The notes under the pieces were generated by a model. The model saw only the letters and a program-made list of their open reading frames with translations, was not told the origin of the DNA and did no database searches. Made by a program: the position numbers and the translations under genes. From the NCBI GenBank assembly GCA_010015805.1, contig ML978137.1:1-64000 (forward strand): a DNA stretch of 64,000 nucleotides, written 5' to 3'. This DNA is from Rhizodiscina lignyota. Taxonomy: Eukaryota. How positions within the stretch are numbered: the stretch's first letter is position 1; every line of letters begins with the position of its first letter. This document shows, piece after piece, positions 1-12,201 of the stretch.

Positions 1-220
1 TACTTTGTGCCATCGCTGTTGGTTCTTGCTCTCTCTGAAGTTGTTGTTCAAGAAGCTGGTCGTGAACTTGTTGTTCGGCTAATACTGCTGCAGAGACTTT
101 CGCTGATTGCTTTCGGGTGCGTCCTGTAGCGGAGGAAGGTTCTGGGGGCATCGGGATACGTCGTTCTGTTTGGTTATCGGCTGATAGGCTTCGGGAGCGT
201 TGTCGTTTGCCTAATAGCAT
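1..220 (-). CDS. 5' part of a hypothetical protein running off the window edge
   Basis: ATG at 220 on the minus strand opens a stop-free frame to position 1 (MLLGKRQRSRSLSADNQTERRIPMPPEPSS...LLEQQLQREQEPTAMAQS). It is divergent from the kinase gene and is not in the ORF track because the stop lies outside the window. Confidence 0.55.
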   Translation of the reverse strand, partial: MLLGKRQRSRSLSADNQTERRIPMPPEPSSATGRTRKQSAKVSAAVLAEQQVHDQLLEQQLQREQEPTAMAQS

Positions 221-583
221 GCGTTGAGGTTGAATAGAGGTGGTGAAGGTGGTGGAGGTGGTAGAGGTTGAGTTTTTTCGGAGCGCTATTTTCGGAGGTT
301 CGCGCCTCGCCCTGTGGCGGCGGCGATGAGGGAAAAACCTACGCGATACAAATGCAGAATCCAGTGCTTGCTACTACAGGAAATAGTAACTAGTAACGTA
401 GGCGTTCTTTGGGCGTCAAAGCCCGATGTTCTTGGTGATGGCGCGTCAAGGCGTCGCGCAGGCGGCGGGCGCTTCGCTGTGGGAAATCTTCGGCAGTCGC
501 TCAATGGAGTGGAGTGGAGTGCCAGGGTGCAAGGCTCAGCCTCTTCGAGATCAACCACTATTTCAGCTGACTGCGGATTCTAA

Positions 584-2344
584 ATGACTTTCACGACGGC
601 ATCTGGTTATGTGGAGGAGACAGCAAGCTATTCTCACGCACGACACGGTCATGATCCCGTCGGGATCAACGCCAATGAATACCTCGAGGCCGGCCCTAAT
701 GGATACCACGTAATCAATGCCAATGATTCGTGGCGAGATGGCATTGATGATTACCCTATGTTACGCCGGCCGAATCCCTTTCCATCTGCCACAACGTACT
801 CCATCGAATCGATCATCGCTTACGGGGCATACGGCACAGTTGCCAAAGTCAAACAACGAGGTACCGGCATGATCTATGCCCGGAAGCAGATCCAAAAGCT
901 CGGAGTAGACCCAGCGATACTCCATGACGAGGTTTCTCTAATACGCCAAGCTCAGCATCGGCATGTTGTCGAGCTTGTCCAAAAGTACGAGGATTCTGAC
1001 TGGTACTACATTGTTATGGCACCTGTCGCCGACTGTAATCTTCAAGAGTACATGCAACGCGTCAGTTCAAACTCCCCAATCAGGCACCTACAGAAGCGAG
1101 ATGACCCCTTCTGGGCCGCTTTCGCTCAGCAGAGGGTACAACTATTTCAATGGATATATTGCTTGGCGAATACACTTACCGACCTTCACGAACGAGGAAT
1201 TCGCCACCGCGACATAAAACCACAAAACATCCTTGTCCATGGAAGCAGTATTCTTCTCACGGATTTTGGCATTTCGATGGCGCATGACGGACTGACGAAA
1301 GTTGCACTGACCACGACGTTTGGCACGTCCAGATATGAGCCACCCGAGAGCCTTGGTTCAGCTACCGGTGACACAAGGATGAGAACGGGACGGAAAGGCG
1401 ATGTTTTCTCCCTAGGCTGTGTATTCTTCGAGATGCTCGATACCGCTTCACATCGCATACGCATAAACGAACTGCCAGAGATTCCCGACAACCGATTTGC
1501 GTCTTGCGTGGAGAATGATCATTTTCTGTCACAAGTTGATTGCTTCAATGAGAGCAAAGTTGACTCATCACTCAACCTAGCACCGGAGGCTCGTTGTCCA
1601 AACCTCACCAAGTCGTTGCTAAGGCTTGTCATGAGTAGTATGATCACATCGGCGGAGAGACGAAAATCGGCGAGCGCCATTGTAAATGATATTGGTCAAT
1701 TAATGGCAGGACACGTTGCTGCGCAACCTCGCTGTTGTTTTAAGCGGATGGATACTGCTGGCGAAAGCAATAACATGACGATGATGGACATTACAGACGA
1801 CGAAGGATCCTTGGATGGCTCTGACCGAGATGAGGATGAGTCTGAGTTGCAGACTGAAGAGCAGACTAGAGGGAGAGAATTAAGTAGTGAACCGCCACAG
1901 ATGACAGTAACATGGGCATCGAGTTTCGGGAATCAACAAACACCCAGGGCAGCCACACAGATACCCAGCATTGGGGAGATGGAGCAACAGAGGCAGCTGG
2001 CAGAGAAGAACACTGAAGTGGAAGCCTGGCTAAAGTACGAGGAGCACGACGTCAATATACCCAAGGGAGATTTTATACTCCTCGACCCGCCGGGTGCTCC
2101 ATCATGGGATACAAAAAGACGAGATGACGAAAGCCCCGAAAGGATGACATCTAACAAGGCAATGATGCAGTTTATACAACGCGCTGAAGAGTTTGACAGC
2201 AACTCCTGTGCCGCCTCGATTGGATCCCGACGTCGGATCAGCGAATGCGAACTCGAAAGGATTCCGTGGGATACCCCGTACGAAGACCTCTTTCCTGACT
2301 GTTATCCTGGATCGAACCCTTATCCTGCATCGACCGAATCATGA
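584..2344 (+). CDS. Ser/Thr protein kinase with acidic/disordered C-terminal tail, single exon
   Basis: Kinase motifs in order: GAYGTV glycine loop, YARK, HRDIKPQN, DFG, YEPPE, DVFSLG. 586-aa ORF. Confidence 0.93.
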   Translation: MTFTTASGYVEETASYSHARHGHDPVGINANEYLEAGPNGYHVINANDSWRDGIDDYPMLRRPNPFPSATTYSIESIIAYGAYGTVAKVKQRGTGMIYARKQIQKLGVDPAILHDEVSLIRQAQHRHVVELVQKYEDSDWYYIVMAPVADCNLQEYMQRVSSNSPIRHLQKRDDPFWAAFAQQRVQLFQWIYCLANTLTDLHERGIRHRDIKPQNILVHGSSILLTDFGISMAHDGLTKVALTTTFGTSRYEPPESLGSATGDTRMRTGRKGDVFSLGCVFFEMLDTASHRIRINELPEIPDNRFASCVENDHFLSQVDCFNESKVDSSLNLAPEARCPNLTKSLLRLVMSSMITSAERRKSASAIVNDIGQLMAGHVAAQPRCCFKRMDTAGESNNMTMMDITDDEGSLDGSDRDEDESELQTEEQTRGRELSSEPPQMTVTWASSFGNQQTPRAATQIPSIGEMEQQRQLAEKNTEVEAWLKYEEHDVNIPKGDFILLDPPGAPSWDTKRRDDESPERMTSNKAMMQFIQRAEEFDSNSCAASIGSRRRISECELERIPWDTPYEDLFPDCYPGSNPYPASTES

Positions 2345-2474
2345 TGTGTACCAATGTGGATGGTCGGTAAAGATTTCCAGAATATTTCTGACGCGCACCG
2401 TGGGAGAAACGAGCAAATGTACTCAAACTGTACAGTCCTCTGAAAATTCGAATCCTTTACATTCCTCTAAACCT

Positions 2475-4193
2475 CTAATTCTTATCAAGCCTCACCGCAG
2501 CATTCGTCTCAATGAATCCCAAATCAACCTTATGGCCCAGCAAATCCCTAATGTTACTAACGCCGTACTTAATCATTGTTGGTCTCTCCAGCGATAGGCC
2601 AAACCCATACACCCTTAAATCTTTGGGCAGTCCCATCGGCTCCAGCATCTCCGGTCTGAACATGCCGCTGTTGCCAATCTCGACCCACTTGGCCAACCCA
2701 ATGTGGTAGCCGAAGATTTCCATGGACGGTTCGGTGTACGGATTGTACGCAGGCTTGAATCGCAGGTTTGTGAGGCCCAACTTGCCGAAGAAGTCCTCCA
2801 TGAAACGCATCAGGCCGCCGAGCGTGAGACCAAAGTCTGCGATGACGCCTTCGACTTGGTGGAACTCTGCCAGGTGAGTGGCATCGACCGTCTCGTTTCT
2901 AAAGACACGATCGATGGAGAAGTAGCGCGCTGGTCGGGGGTCCTCAGCTAGACGGTGTAGACACCATGTCGATACTGCAGTCGTGTGTGTGCGCAGAACG
3001 AGCCTGAGAGACTCGTCTTCGCTGAAAGGGTACCGGTAGCCAGTGCTACCGAAGAGACCGTCCTGGTGCACAGTCTTGACGTCGTTGAAGTATTTCTTGT
3101 AGTCACGTGGGACTAGCTTTCTGGGCTCCTTCGGTTGATAGAGAAGGCGTGCACCGCCTTCCATAGCGTCCATGGCAGCTTCACCAATGGGATCTTCGCG
3201 AGGCATGTCGGCTTTTGAAGGGTCAGAGATGAAGAAGGTGTCTTGTTGGTCGCGTGCGGGATGTTGTTGGGGGACGAAAAGGGCATCGAAGTTCCAGAAG
3301 CCGGACTCGACGAAGCTTTACATCATATATCAGTATGGCTCACGTCAAGTAGCTGAGAGAGCATACGCACCGGCTCGTTGGCATCTCCACGAAGCCTTGA
3401 TTGAAGAAGATGGCACGAAACTCTGCCCTGACCTTCATCAACGGATGTAAAGCTCCTGAATTTTGCGCCGCGCCCAGCGCCTTGAAATTGTATGGTTTGA
3501 AGTTTGCAGACTGCCATGAGCCATTGGCCAGCATATCCGCCGTCAAGTCTGTGACTTCCACAACCATCTCCTTTGCGTATTTTGGCCCCTTTCTGACATT
3601 GTACGTTATGACCTTCCCTGTCGTAGCCAACTTCCGCTTCTTCAGATCAGCAAAGACCTTTGGGTCTGCTACAGATTTTGTAGATTGGATGTCTGCTAGG
3701 ATTTCACGAGCGGTGTCTTTGGGTGAGTCGGCGACTGGGAGGAGGCTGTCACCATCCTTCTTGATCCACTTGTTCTTGAACGCTGCGCCTTGGCCGATCT
3801 TCGCAGTGTCTGCGCCTACAACTTTCTACGCATATGTCAGCTAATTGCTCAGAAACATCATATTCCAACTTATCATACCGGAAGGTCCTTGATAGCTATC
3901 TTGCCCTTGCTCTTTACCACCTCCCACACTTTGTACTCATGGCTACCTTCCTCCGCAATCATGCGGCCCTCCTGGGTCAAGAGTATTTGTTCGGAGTCCA
4001 GCGTGTCATATTGGATCATAGACCTGCTTCCCAGCCTATCAAGCGCCGCTTTTATCTCTTGCTGTGGCACATCGGGGAATTCTTCGTTCGTCTTGAAACT
4101 GTCCTTCTCGGCGAGTGAATCGAGGATTTCTTGCGTCAAGTCACGCCCGTTTGCCTTGAGCGGCACGGGCACGGGGCCTCGAGTGCCAGGCAT
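2475..4193 (-). CDS. FRS2: Cytoplasmic phenylalanyl-tRNA synthetase alpha subunit (3 exons; introns ~3826-3878 and ~3316-3370)
   Basis: [81 protein letters not shown] introns join the three ORF pieces in frame. Confidence 0.97.
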
Positions 4194-4512
4194 GCCGGAG
4201 GCGCGTGAATTCGTTCTTTCTGCGTGTCAATGTGGTGTTCTGAAGCTGAGGGAGGAACTTCTTAAATTAAATTAGCAGCTCTAGTAAGCTGTGGTGCTGT
4301 GAGTCGAAAACGCGCAGCCAATCAGCAGCGGGCTTGGCATCAATTTGGTCGCGCCGCACGAGCAACAACACCAAGATCTCGCAAAAACACCCCGCGGACT
4401 TTATCAACAACCCCACCTCACCTCAACATGTTGCTCTCCTAACAAGCGCCCTCTCACTTACTTCCGTCAACGCCTGAAGTTCCTCATGCCTATCCTGTGA
4501 GCTTCAAACGCA
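4194..4512. promoter_or_regulatory. Probable bidirectional promoter between PheRS alpha and RPC34
   Basis: About 320 bp between two head-to-head start codons; contains a CCAAT near 4318. Confidence 0.5.
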
Positions 4513-5754
4513 ATGGCTTCCACGTCCTCTGCCCGCCGCGGCACCTCCGCCGCTGGCCCCTCCGCCACCCCGCGTCCTTCAAAAGCCAGAGGCAAGAAAG
4601 ACTTGCTCTACGACCGGTGCTGTGAGGAGCCGTTCGGTCACGTCTTCCAGCTCGAAGACCTCGAGAACTATGGCGTCGGGGACACGAAAGAGGAGGCGCT
4701 CGCGCTGGCGGACCAGCTCGTCAACGCGCACTTGTTCGTGCTCATGAAGGCCGCCGACAATGAGGCCATGTGGAAGCATCGTCCACGCGACCAGGCACAA
4801 CGGTAAGCTTTTTCGACACCTGACACCCCTATCAATTGCTTGTTTTACGACATCAGCTCTCGTACCAACGCTGCTCGAAAGGCTCGTCGAAGGCGGCTAA
4901 GCAAACGTAACAGCATCGCTTCACTCTCCACCAGCGAGCGTCTCGTGTACGCGCGCGTCGAGGAGGCCGGCAATGATGGCATATGGCTGCGCACGCTCAA
5001 CAGCCGCGTCAATGTGCACAGCAGCATCATCACCAAGTGCCTCAAGGACCTCAAGACGAAGCACCTCATCAAGGAGGTCAAGAGTGCAAAGAGCCCCGCC
5101 CGCAAGATGTACATGCTGTTCGACCTCGAGCCGTCGGAGGAGAACCTGGGTGGCGCCTTCTTTGCGGATGGTGAGTTGGATATTGGCCTTGTGGAGGCGA
5201 TTAGCGGCTTTGTCGTCGATTGGGTGGAGAAGAAGAGCTGGGCGGAGGTGCCAGGACCGACGTCTCACGGCCAACCCAGCAAGAAGCGCAGGCGCATCGA
5301 GGACCCTCAAACCGTCACTGCCGCAGCTTCGATCACTGCCGATGCACCGAAGTACAAGCAGCCGCTCTCGCATGCTCGCCGCCCCCTCATCCCCCGTCCC
5401 CCAAACTACTCCGACTACCCGACATCCATCTCAATCCTTGAGCTCATCCGCAACTCGCCCATCCTCAGCAAGTCGTCTGCTGCACGCTTTACGCACAAGG
5501 ATGTCGAGCAGCTTCTCGACATGCTAATCTACGACAACCGTCTCGAACGCATGGGCCCTGACCAATACCGCTCTGTCCGTCGGTCATTCGAGGAGCCATA
5601 CAATGGTCGCTGGCCGGATTGGGAGATGCAGCGTGAGCAGGGGGTTAGCAATGGCGTGGCAGACACTCCGTGTGGACAGTGCCCCGTCTTCGACCTCTGT
5701 GAACCAGGTGGTGTGTACAGTCCGGAGAAGTGCGTGTACTTCGACGACTGGTAG
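4513..5754 (+). CDS. RPC34: RNA polymerase III subunit C34/RPC6 (intron ~4803-4913)
   Basis: Winged-helix segment EEAGNDGIW...LKDLKTKHLIKEVKS, RKMYMLFDLEPS...GGAFF.DGELD, and C-terminal PCGQCPVFDLC...PEKCVYFDDW. Confidence 0.93.
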
Positions 5755-6353
5755 ACGGTTCAGACATAAGGAGACCGTTGACGTTGATGGATACACGGTA
5801 CAACGATAGGTCAATAAGCATAGCGATGGCGCTCGACATGTTTTAGTCTTTCTTCAAATGAAGATACCCCATAGGGCAACTAGGAATGAGATTAAGTGAA
5901 CATTCACTTTTAACTGCTATTATATTGTGCTCTATGAGATTCCGTGTGTGCTCAGAAGCGATACAATCACAGAGCTGCAAGAGGGCTCCCAATACTAGAG
6001 CTATTCCATAAGATATCTTCACCCAGAGCTCTTCTTCTATCCAAAAAGCTTCCGCATCTAGTCAAACGTGAAGCAATATCATATTCGAAGCAGAGTCCGT
6101 TGACCAGCGCGTCCAAACCCCGGAATCATCTCTTCCAATCTTCCTCCGCCACCTGAAGAAAGTCTGGCTTCATGTATACATGGTGGACTTTTCAGTGAAC
6201 GAAGGTGTGATAACAAACTCTCGCTGGACATCATCTCTGATGATATTATTGCATTGGGACCTGCTAAGAACATTCCATTCAAATCATAACTTGAGATCCA
6301 ACCAAGCTGCCATACAACCCTTTAGCTAATTAACTAGATACTACCTTATGGGA

Positions 6354-9300
6354 CTACAAGTTGATACTATGTCTTGCGCTATATCTGTCCTGGGGTAGTA
6401 CTGGTGGTACATCATTCAGTGAGACCGTGTCCTCATCATCCTCGATCCCATTGTCGTCCTCATTCTCTTGTCCATCTTGGGTCTTCTTCATCTTCCCTTT
6501 CACCCAGCTCATTGGCGTCTTTCCTCCCGATGCCGCTGTATCACTAGCTCCCCTTTTAAACACTCTCCCAAGGCGCGTCGTTCTGTGGTCAGGCGAGCGA
6601 GGCGAGCGGGAGGATGGGTCTGCAACTCCGACTACGTTCGGAGCAGTGTTGATACGGGGAATACGGGCACTGCTCGGCCCCCCGTTCACTCCTACAGGTG
6701 ATACTCTGGCAGCATCGTTGCTGAGCGAAGGCCGATTACCAAAGTTGTCAACTCTCGTAGTGCTCGCCGATGCTATGTTCTTAAACGTAGGGCGCTTGGG
6801 TTTCGAAGTGGTAGTAGCGCCGAAAGGTGGAGCACCGCTGGTATGGCCATCGAATCTCAGGATGTCAGATCTGAACAGATTTCTATACCGGCCGGCGAAG
6901 TTGCTCTTGTCAGTAGCGAGTTTGAAACTTTCAAGCTTGCGTTGTAATGAGTGCACTTCACGTGCACGCTGATCGCTCAGTTGAGTTGCAGCGCGGAGGT
7001 CACGGCGAACTCCCTTGAGTTCGTCCTCCTGGTCCGTGATGCGTTTCTCCAAGGATGCTTTGTACGCTCGCCACCTGTCATCTGCGCCTCTTATGTTTAG
7101 CAACTTCCTCAAATCGGCTTCTGCTTCTTCCTTTCTCTTGTCAGCCCTTTGCGTGCTGTATTCCAGATCTGCGATGTCTTTCTCAAGGTAGTCCTTCGTA
7201 GTCTTTGACATCAATTCAAGCTCGTCATGGTGGGAACGCAACGCAAACAGACTCCCCTCCAGGATCTCGATCTGGTTACCCTGTTCTGCATTTCTGGAAC
7301 GTAGATATTCGATTGCGAACCACTTCTCCTGCATGGTAACCAAGTCCTCATTGATCTCTTGTTGTAATGCGCTGATCTCTGCTTGAGCATTTTCGTCGTC
7401 TTCATCCGGTGCACTGTAAAGATCATCATTTTTAGACAGGAGATGCTCAAGACGTTCAACTTTGTCCCTGAATTCGCTGTTCTGTCGCTTGAACAGACGG
7501 AATGAATCGTGTTTGGTATGATCTGCGTTGGGATTCTCAATCATATCTTTAGCAAAGCTGTTTCCTTTGTCGGCCTCTCGTCTCAAAGCCTTGAACATAT
7601 CGGCGATTCTATCGAGCAGGACATTCACGCCTTCCGACTTCAAGTGCTGACGGGCCAGCTCGATTGCTGTCTTTTGAGCATTATTGATCCTCAAGATGTC
7701 GGCACCATGGTTCATCAATAGCTCGATGCCGGGTTGGTCTCCCCGTATAGCTGCTGCCATCAGAGCCGTGTTACCATTGAAATTGGCTTTGTCAATCTCA
7801 GCCCCAGCATCTATCAGCTGCTTCATGGAGTCCACGGAGAGTGTCTCGGCTGCGTAAAGGAGAGGTGTTGACCCATCTTCTCCTTGTACATTGACGTCCG
7901 GTTGGAACGCCTCTGAAGCAAGCAAAGAATCAACTACATCTCGGTATCCACGCTTCGTGGCAATAATCAAAGGTGCTTCGCCATCGGGAGGCATCAGGTC
8001 AGGATTGGCCCTTCGCTCCAGCAGCAGTCGCACTACGTCGGTGTTTCCACGGGAACACGCCGCGCATAGGGCTGTTGTACGTGGGAATCCGTTGCCGCCG
8101 GCAATCCGATCAATATCGGCCCCGCTATCCAAGAGCAATTTGACTGTTGTAAGGCGACCTAGAAGAGAGGCAACTTGTAGGGCCCACCCGTGATCGGAGT
8201 CGACTTCAATCGTACTCTCTCGGAGCAGTGCGGCGACAATCCCATCTGAGCCATCGTGGCTTGCCGCTGTGAGGGCATTCCCATATTCATCCCCAGTTGC
8301 ATTGGGATCTGCGCCGTACTTTAGCAAGGTTTTCACGTTCTCCTCGAATCTGTTTTCCGCGGCTTGGTAAATCGATTTCGACAGCATGGTGGTCGAAATC
8401 ATCCGATCGGTGTATCGCCAGATGGTGTCTAGTATATCATCCTGTTGATCACCAGCCGTGGCTGCTTTGAAGAAAAGTTGCTCGCAGTCGAGGGCAATTT
8501 GACGAGACAACAAGAGCGATACCGCTTCCCACTGGCCCTTGTCGGCAGCGGCTCTCAAGGCGCTTTGAAAACTTCTCTTGCCAAAAATGTGTCCAGAGTC
8601 CAATAAAGCTTCAATAGATGCAGTTCTCCCTTTCGAAGCCGCTGAAGTGAAGGCATATTCGTAATTTTCATCCGTCCATTTGCCTTTGCCGACACTAAGG
8701 ACTTGATCGAACATTTCAGTAGTCGACATCAACGCAGACAATGCAAGTGGCGATTTCATTCCTTTACTATCTGTCTGAAGGTCGAGGCCATTGATGTTGA
8801 GCAGTATTCGTACGGCCTCAATATTGCCAGATAAGATAGCGTAGTTGATCACCGGGCCGGTATCTTTCGATGTGGCGTTTGGGTCCGCACGACACCTAAG
8901 CATCTTCTCCATTAACTTCGGGTGGCCTTTCAAAGCTGCGAGATGAAGTGGTGTCCAAGTTTTGCCAATGCCTTCGTTGATGTTGACTTGCGTATCTCGT
9001 CGGAGTAGTTCCTCCGTTGCACGAAGGTGGCCATTCAACGCAGCAGCATGAAGCTATTTGCTATCAGCACCGTACAGAGTGATATATTGAAGGAACTTAC
9101 TGGTGTCATATTGTGTGAATCTTTTTCACTCACTTCGTCAGCATGGCCATGTGCCATGAGATATTCAAGCAAGTCATCGGCGCCAAGACCAGCAACAACG
9201 TGGAGTGCGTTTGCTGTATCTCCATCCAAATGTTTGAGATCTTCTGAAAACTCTCTGTATGCTTTCATCCAATCCGGCCGTAATGTTGAATCTTTCTGCC

Positions 9301-12201
9301 AGAAAGGCTCTGCTTTCAAGTGGCTGCTCAAACTTTCGATCAGTCTACGATCAGCGTCTTTGGCGTGTTGCAGCCAATATTTGATCGGATATCTCAATGG
9401 TAGCTCAGGTAAACCTTCTTCACGGAGCGATGTGGTCAAAGAACTGTCCGTGTCGCTGCCTTGATGCGTGGAAGCATTCACATCGGAAGAGTGACGTTTG
9501 TCGTCCTTCGAGAAGTGGCGAGAGACATACAAGAAGCACCTCCAAGCTAGGGCGCCATGCTCACGTCTCATCTCTGCCCGGTCAGACTTCAACTCTCCCG
9601 ATACTGGGTCCTTGTCTGACTCTTTTGCTGCAATTTGGAGTAAACGCGGAGATGCTCGTAGCAGGTGGTTCTTAATCTCCGCATGAGAAAATGTAACAAC
9701 TCCAGGTCCATCTGAGGCTTTGATAACCTTCAGCAGATGCCCGCAAGTTTTGATCAATGTACTCAGGTCATGCTGATTGCGTATGCCTGCAAGAACAAGG
9801 AGCTCAGCTTCGGTGGGGTCCTCATACGTGAGGATTAGAGCACAAAGCATAGATCGGATTGCAGATACATTGCTTTCACCAGCACGTTTGAAGACCTGCA
9901 TGCAGTAAGTACTCGTGCGCAGCTCGTGGTTGAAGAAACTTACGGATTTCCAGGCCTGTTCAAGAAGCGCGTTGATGTCTCTGGGCTGGTACTCCAAATA
10001 TTCGCGCATTTGGAAGTCAGAGATCTCCCCGGAGAGCGACGCAAGTTGAATACTTAGTACATCAACCCATTGTTTGTTGCGTGCGTGATTGGTGAAGAAG
10101 CTCGAAATAGAATATGTGGAGGTTGGATCGTAGTCCAGGTCTTTCTCGAGCCGATCTGCTATGTCTTTGGAATAGCTCTCCAACTCTTTCTGTCGTGGTT
10201 CGATGTACTTGTCGTCACGTAAGTCGATAATGTGATTGTTCTTGTTGAAGAAGTGCGAATCAATGAAGCGACTTGGTTGTAGTTGTTTATTAAGAAATTC
10301 CGCGAACACGCCACTGTCCGTACCAGTGAAGAGCCATTTTGATCGAACCCGCTGATCGCGACCTTTCTGGGTTGAGAGCTCTTCTCCCAGGAACGTGACC
10401 AACTTGGCCAAGGAGTCGTTGTCTTCCAATCGATGTATATTGTTGACAGTAACGTATACTGTCGTGAAAGACAATGCGTGCAACATGCCGTCCAAAGCTT
10501 GCAGCAGATTCTCCACGCTAAGAGTTGCTTGTAACGCTGTCCCTGGGGCTTCCAAAAACTGTTCGGCATGTATTGCAAGACTCCCGTCTCGTTCAATCAA
10601 TTGGGATAACAGAGACCTCAAAAGGTCTTCAACGGTGCCCCATTCAGAGCAACTGTCGCAGAGAAAGTAAACAGACCTAATCGGAATTTCGCCGGAGGTA
10701 CCCATCAGTTGCTTGTTTTTCTTTTCTTCAATTGTCTTGATGATGGAAATAGAAGCGCTCGTCTTTCCAAATCCATCATGGCCCTTGATCCAGAAGCACG
10801 AGTCTTCAACGGCACTTGAACTGAGCCATTCCTTGAGCATCGAGTCATTTTTAATCCAAGATTTCGAAGTGGTAGAGTCATCCAGAGAAGCGAGTTTTCG
10901 GTCCACAGGGGCTGCATTGAGCTTCCGCCTGATTTGGAAGACCTTTTCTGGTGAAACGAGGGTCTGACGAACATGTAGTCTCCTGCTGTGCGCATTAGCA
11001 CAGGCAGCTTTTATGACTTCCTGCAGAGGCGGCCGAATGAGATTGTGGAATCGTCCAGATGGATCGTGCTTTGGATGCGGAAAGCGAACGAGATCGCTAT
11101 GCTCGGCAAAGATGTCGCGGCTGCGATGTTCATAGCCAGCAAGAATCGCAGAATCTCTGTTGACCTGCACTTCAGGCTTCTGGGGAAAAGTTAACTTTAC
11201 CGATGTCGATATCATTTCACTTCACATTACACACCTCTGACATGTGGTTCTCCAGATATTTTCTCAATTTTGGGGCATCTTTCAAAATACGGTGGTAGTC
11301 GGTTCGTTTGCTTTCCCAAAAGTAGAAGAGCTCAGCGCGTGGATACCGCTTGCTGACGACCTGGAGAAATCTCTCTCTCAGTTCCCGCAGCTGCTCTGCT
11401 GCCGGATCAAGAAAGTTGAGAAGTGCAGTTGGGTGTTCATTTTCTTGAGCGAACAAAGCGACTTTGGCAAAATAGTCGCTTCCTCGAAACGGGGTTCCGA
11501 AGAATATACAACCTCCGATGGATGCCTCCATAAACTCATACTCGTCGTCGCCGTCATCGTGAGCAAGACAGACAGCCTGTTATAAAGTGAGCAGTGCAAT
11601 TTTCACAACAGTAGTCTAAACAGATAGATCTCAAGTGGAAAGCCTCACCTTTGCAGCGACAAGTCCACCCACAGAGTGTCCAATCAGCACAATTGGTCTC
11701 TGTTGACATTTCTGCTGATAGATGAGAAGCAAACTAAGAAAAATCATTGCTGCCATCATACCATTCTCACACGCTTTAAGTCTCCAAGCAGAGTCCTGGC
11801 CAGATTGCTTAAGTACTGGTCGACTTGGAATGTGCGAGACCAGGCTGAAAGACTTTGCTGAATCATAATACGAGCAGTTGGCCATATCTCCCGAAGACCA
11901 CTAGGATTGTCGATCCAATTGAACGGCACCTCATTCTCATACTCGGCATTAGCACTCGGTGGCCACTTCCAAGACCCCTCAGGATTCGCTCCAAGACCTG
12001 GAATAGCAACAACACTGTTTTTATGTCAGTTTCGGCACCTCGTCGGGGAATGTGGGAGTGATACTCAACATCAGCAACCTTGCCCTCTGTTTCTGGATCA
12101 TAGCAAACCTTCAAATGCTGCTCTGGGATCTTAGTCTTCCGAATATCATTAGGATTCTTGAGGAGGTTGTTGACAACTCTCACGAGCTTTTCGCCTGGCA
12201 T
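6354..12201 (-). CDS. Fungal NLR-like protein: SesB-like alpha/beta hydrolase + NACHT NTPase + ankyrin repeats + C-terminal coiled coil (multi-exon)
   Basis: N-terminal VVAIPGLG, RPIVLIGHSVGG, GCIFFGTPFRGS and EHSDLVRF. NACHT Walker A FWIKGHDGFGKTS and YPIKYWLQH. Many ankyrin repeats (TPLHLAALKGH, NALTAASHDG, TALCAACSRG, TPLLYAA, TALMAAAIRG). The ORFs at 11863-12201, 11631-11885, 11217-11531, 9035-11215 and 6354-9038 can be joined by GT-AG introns. Confidence 0.85.
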
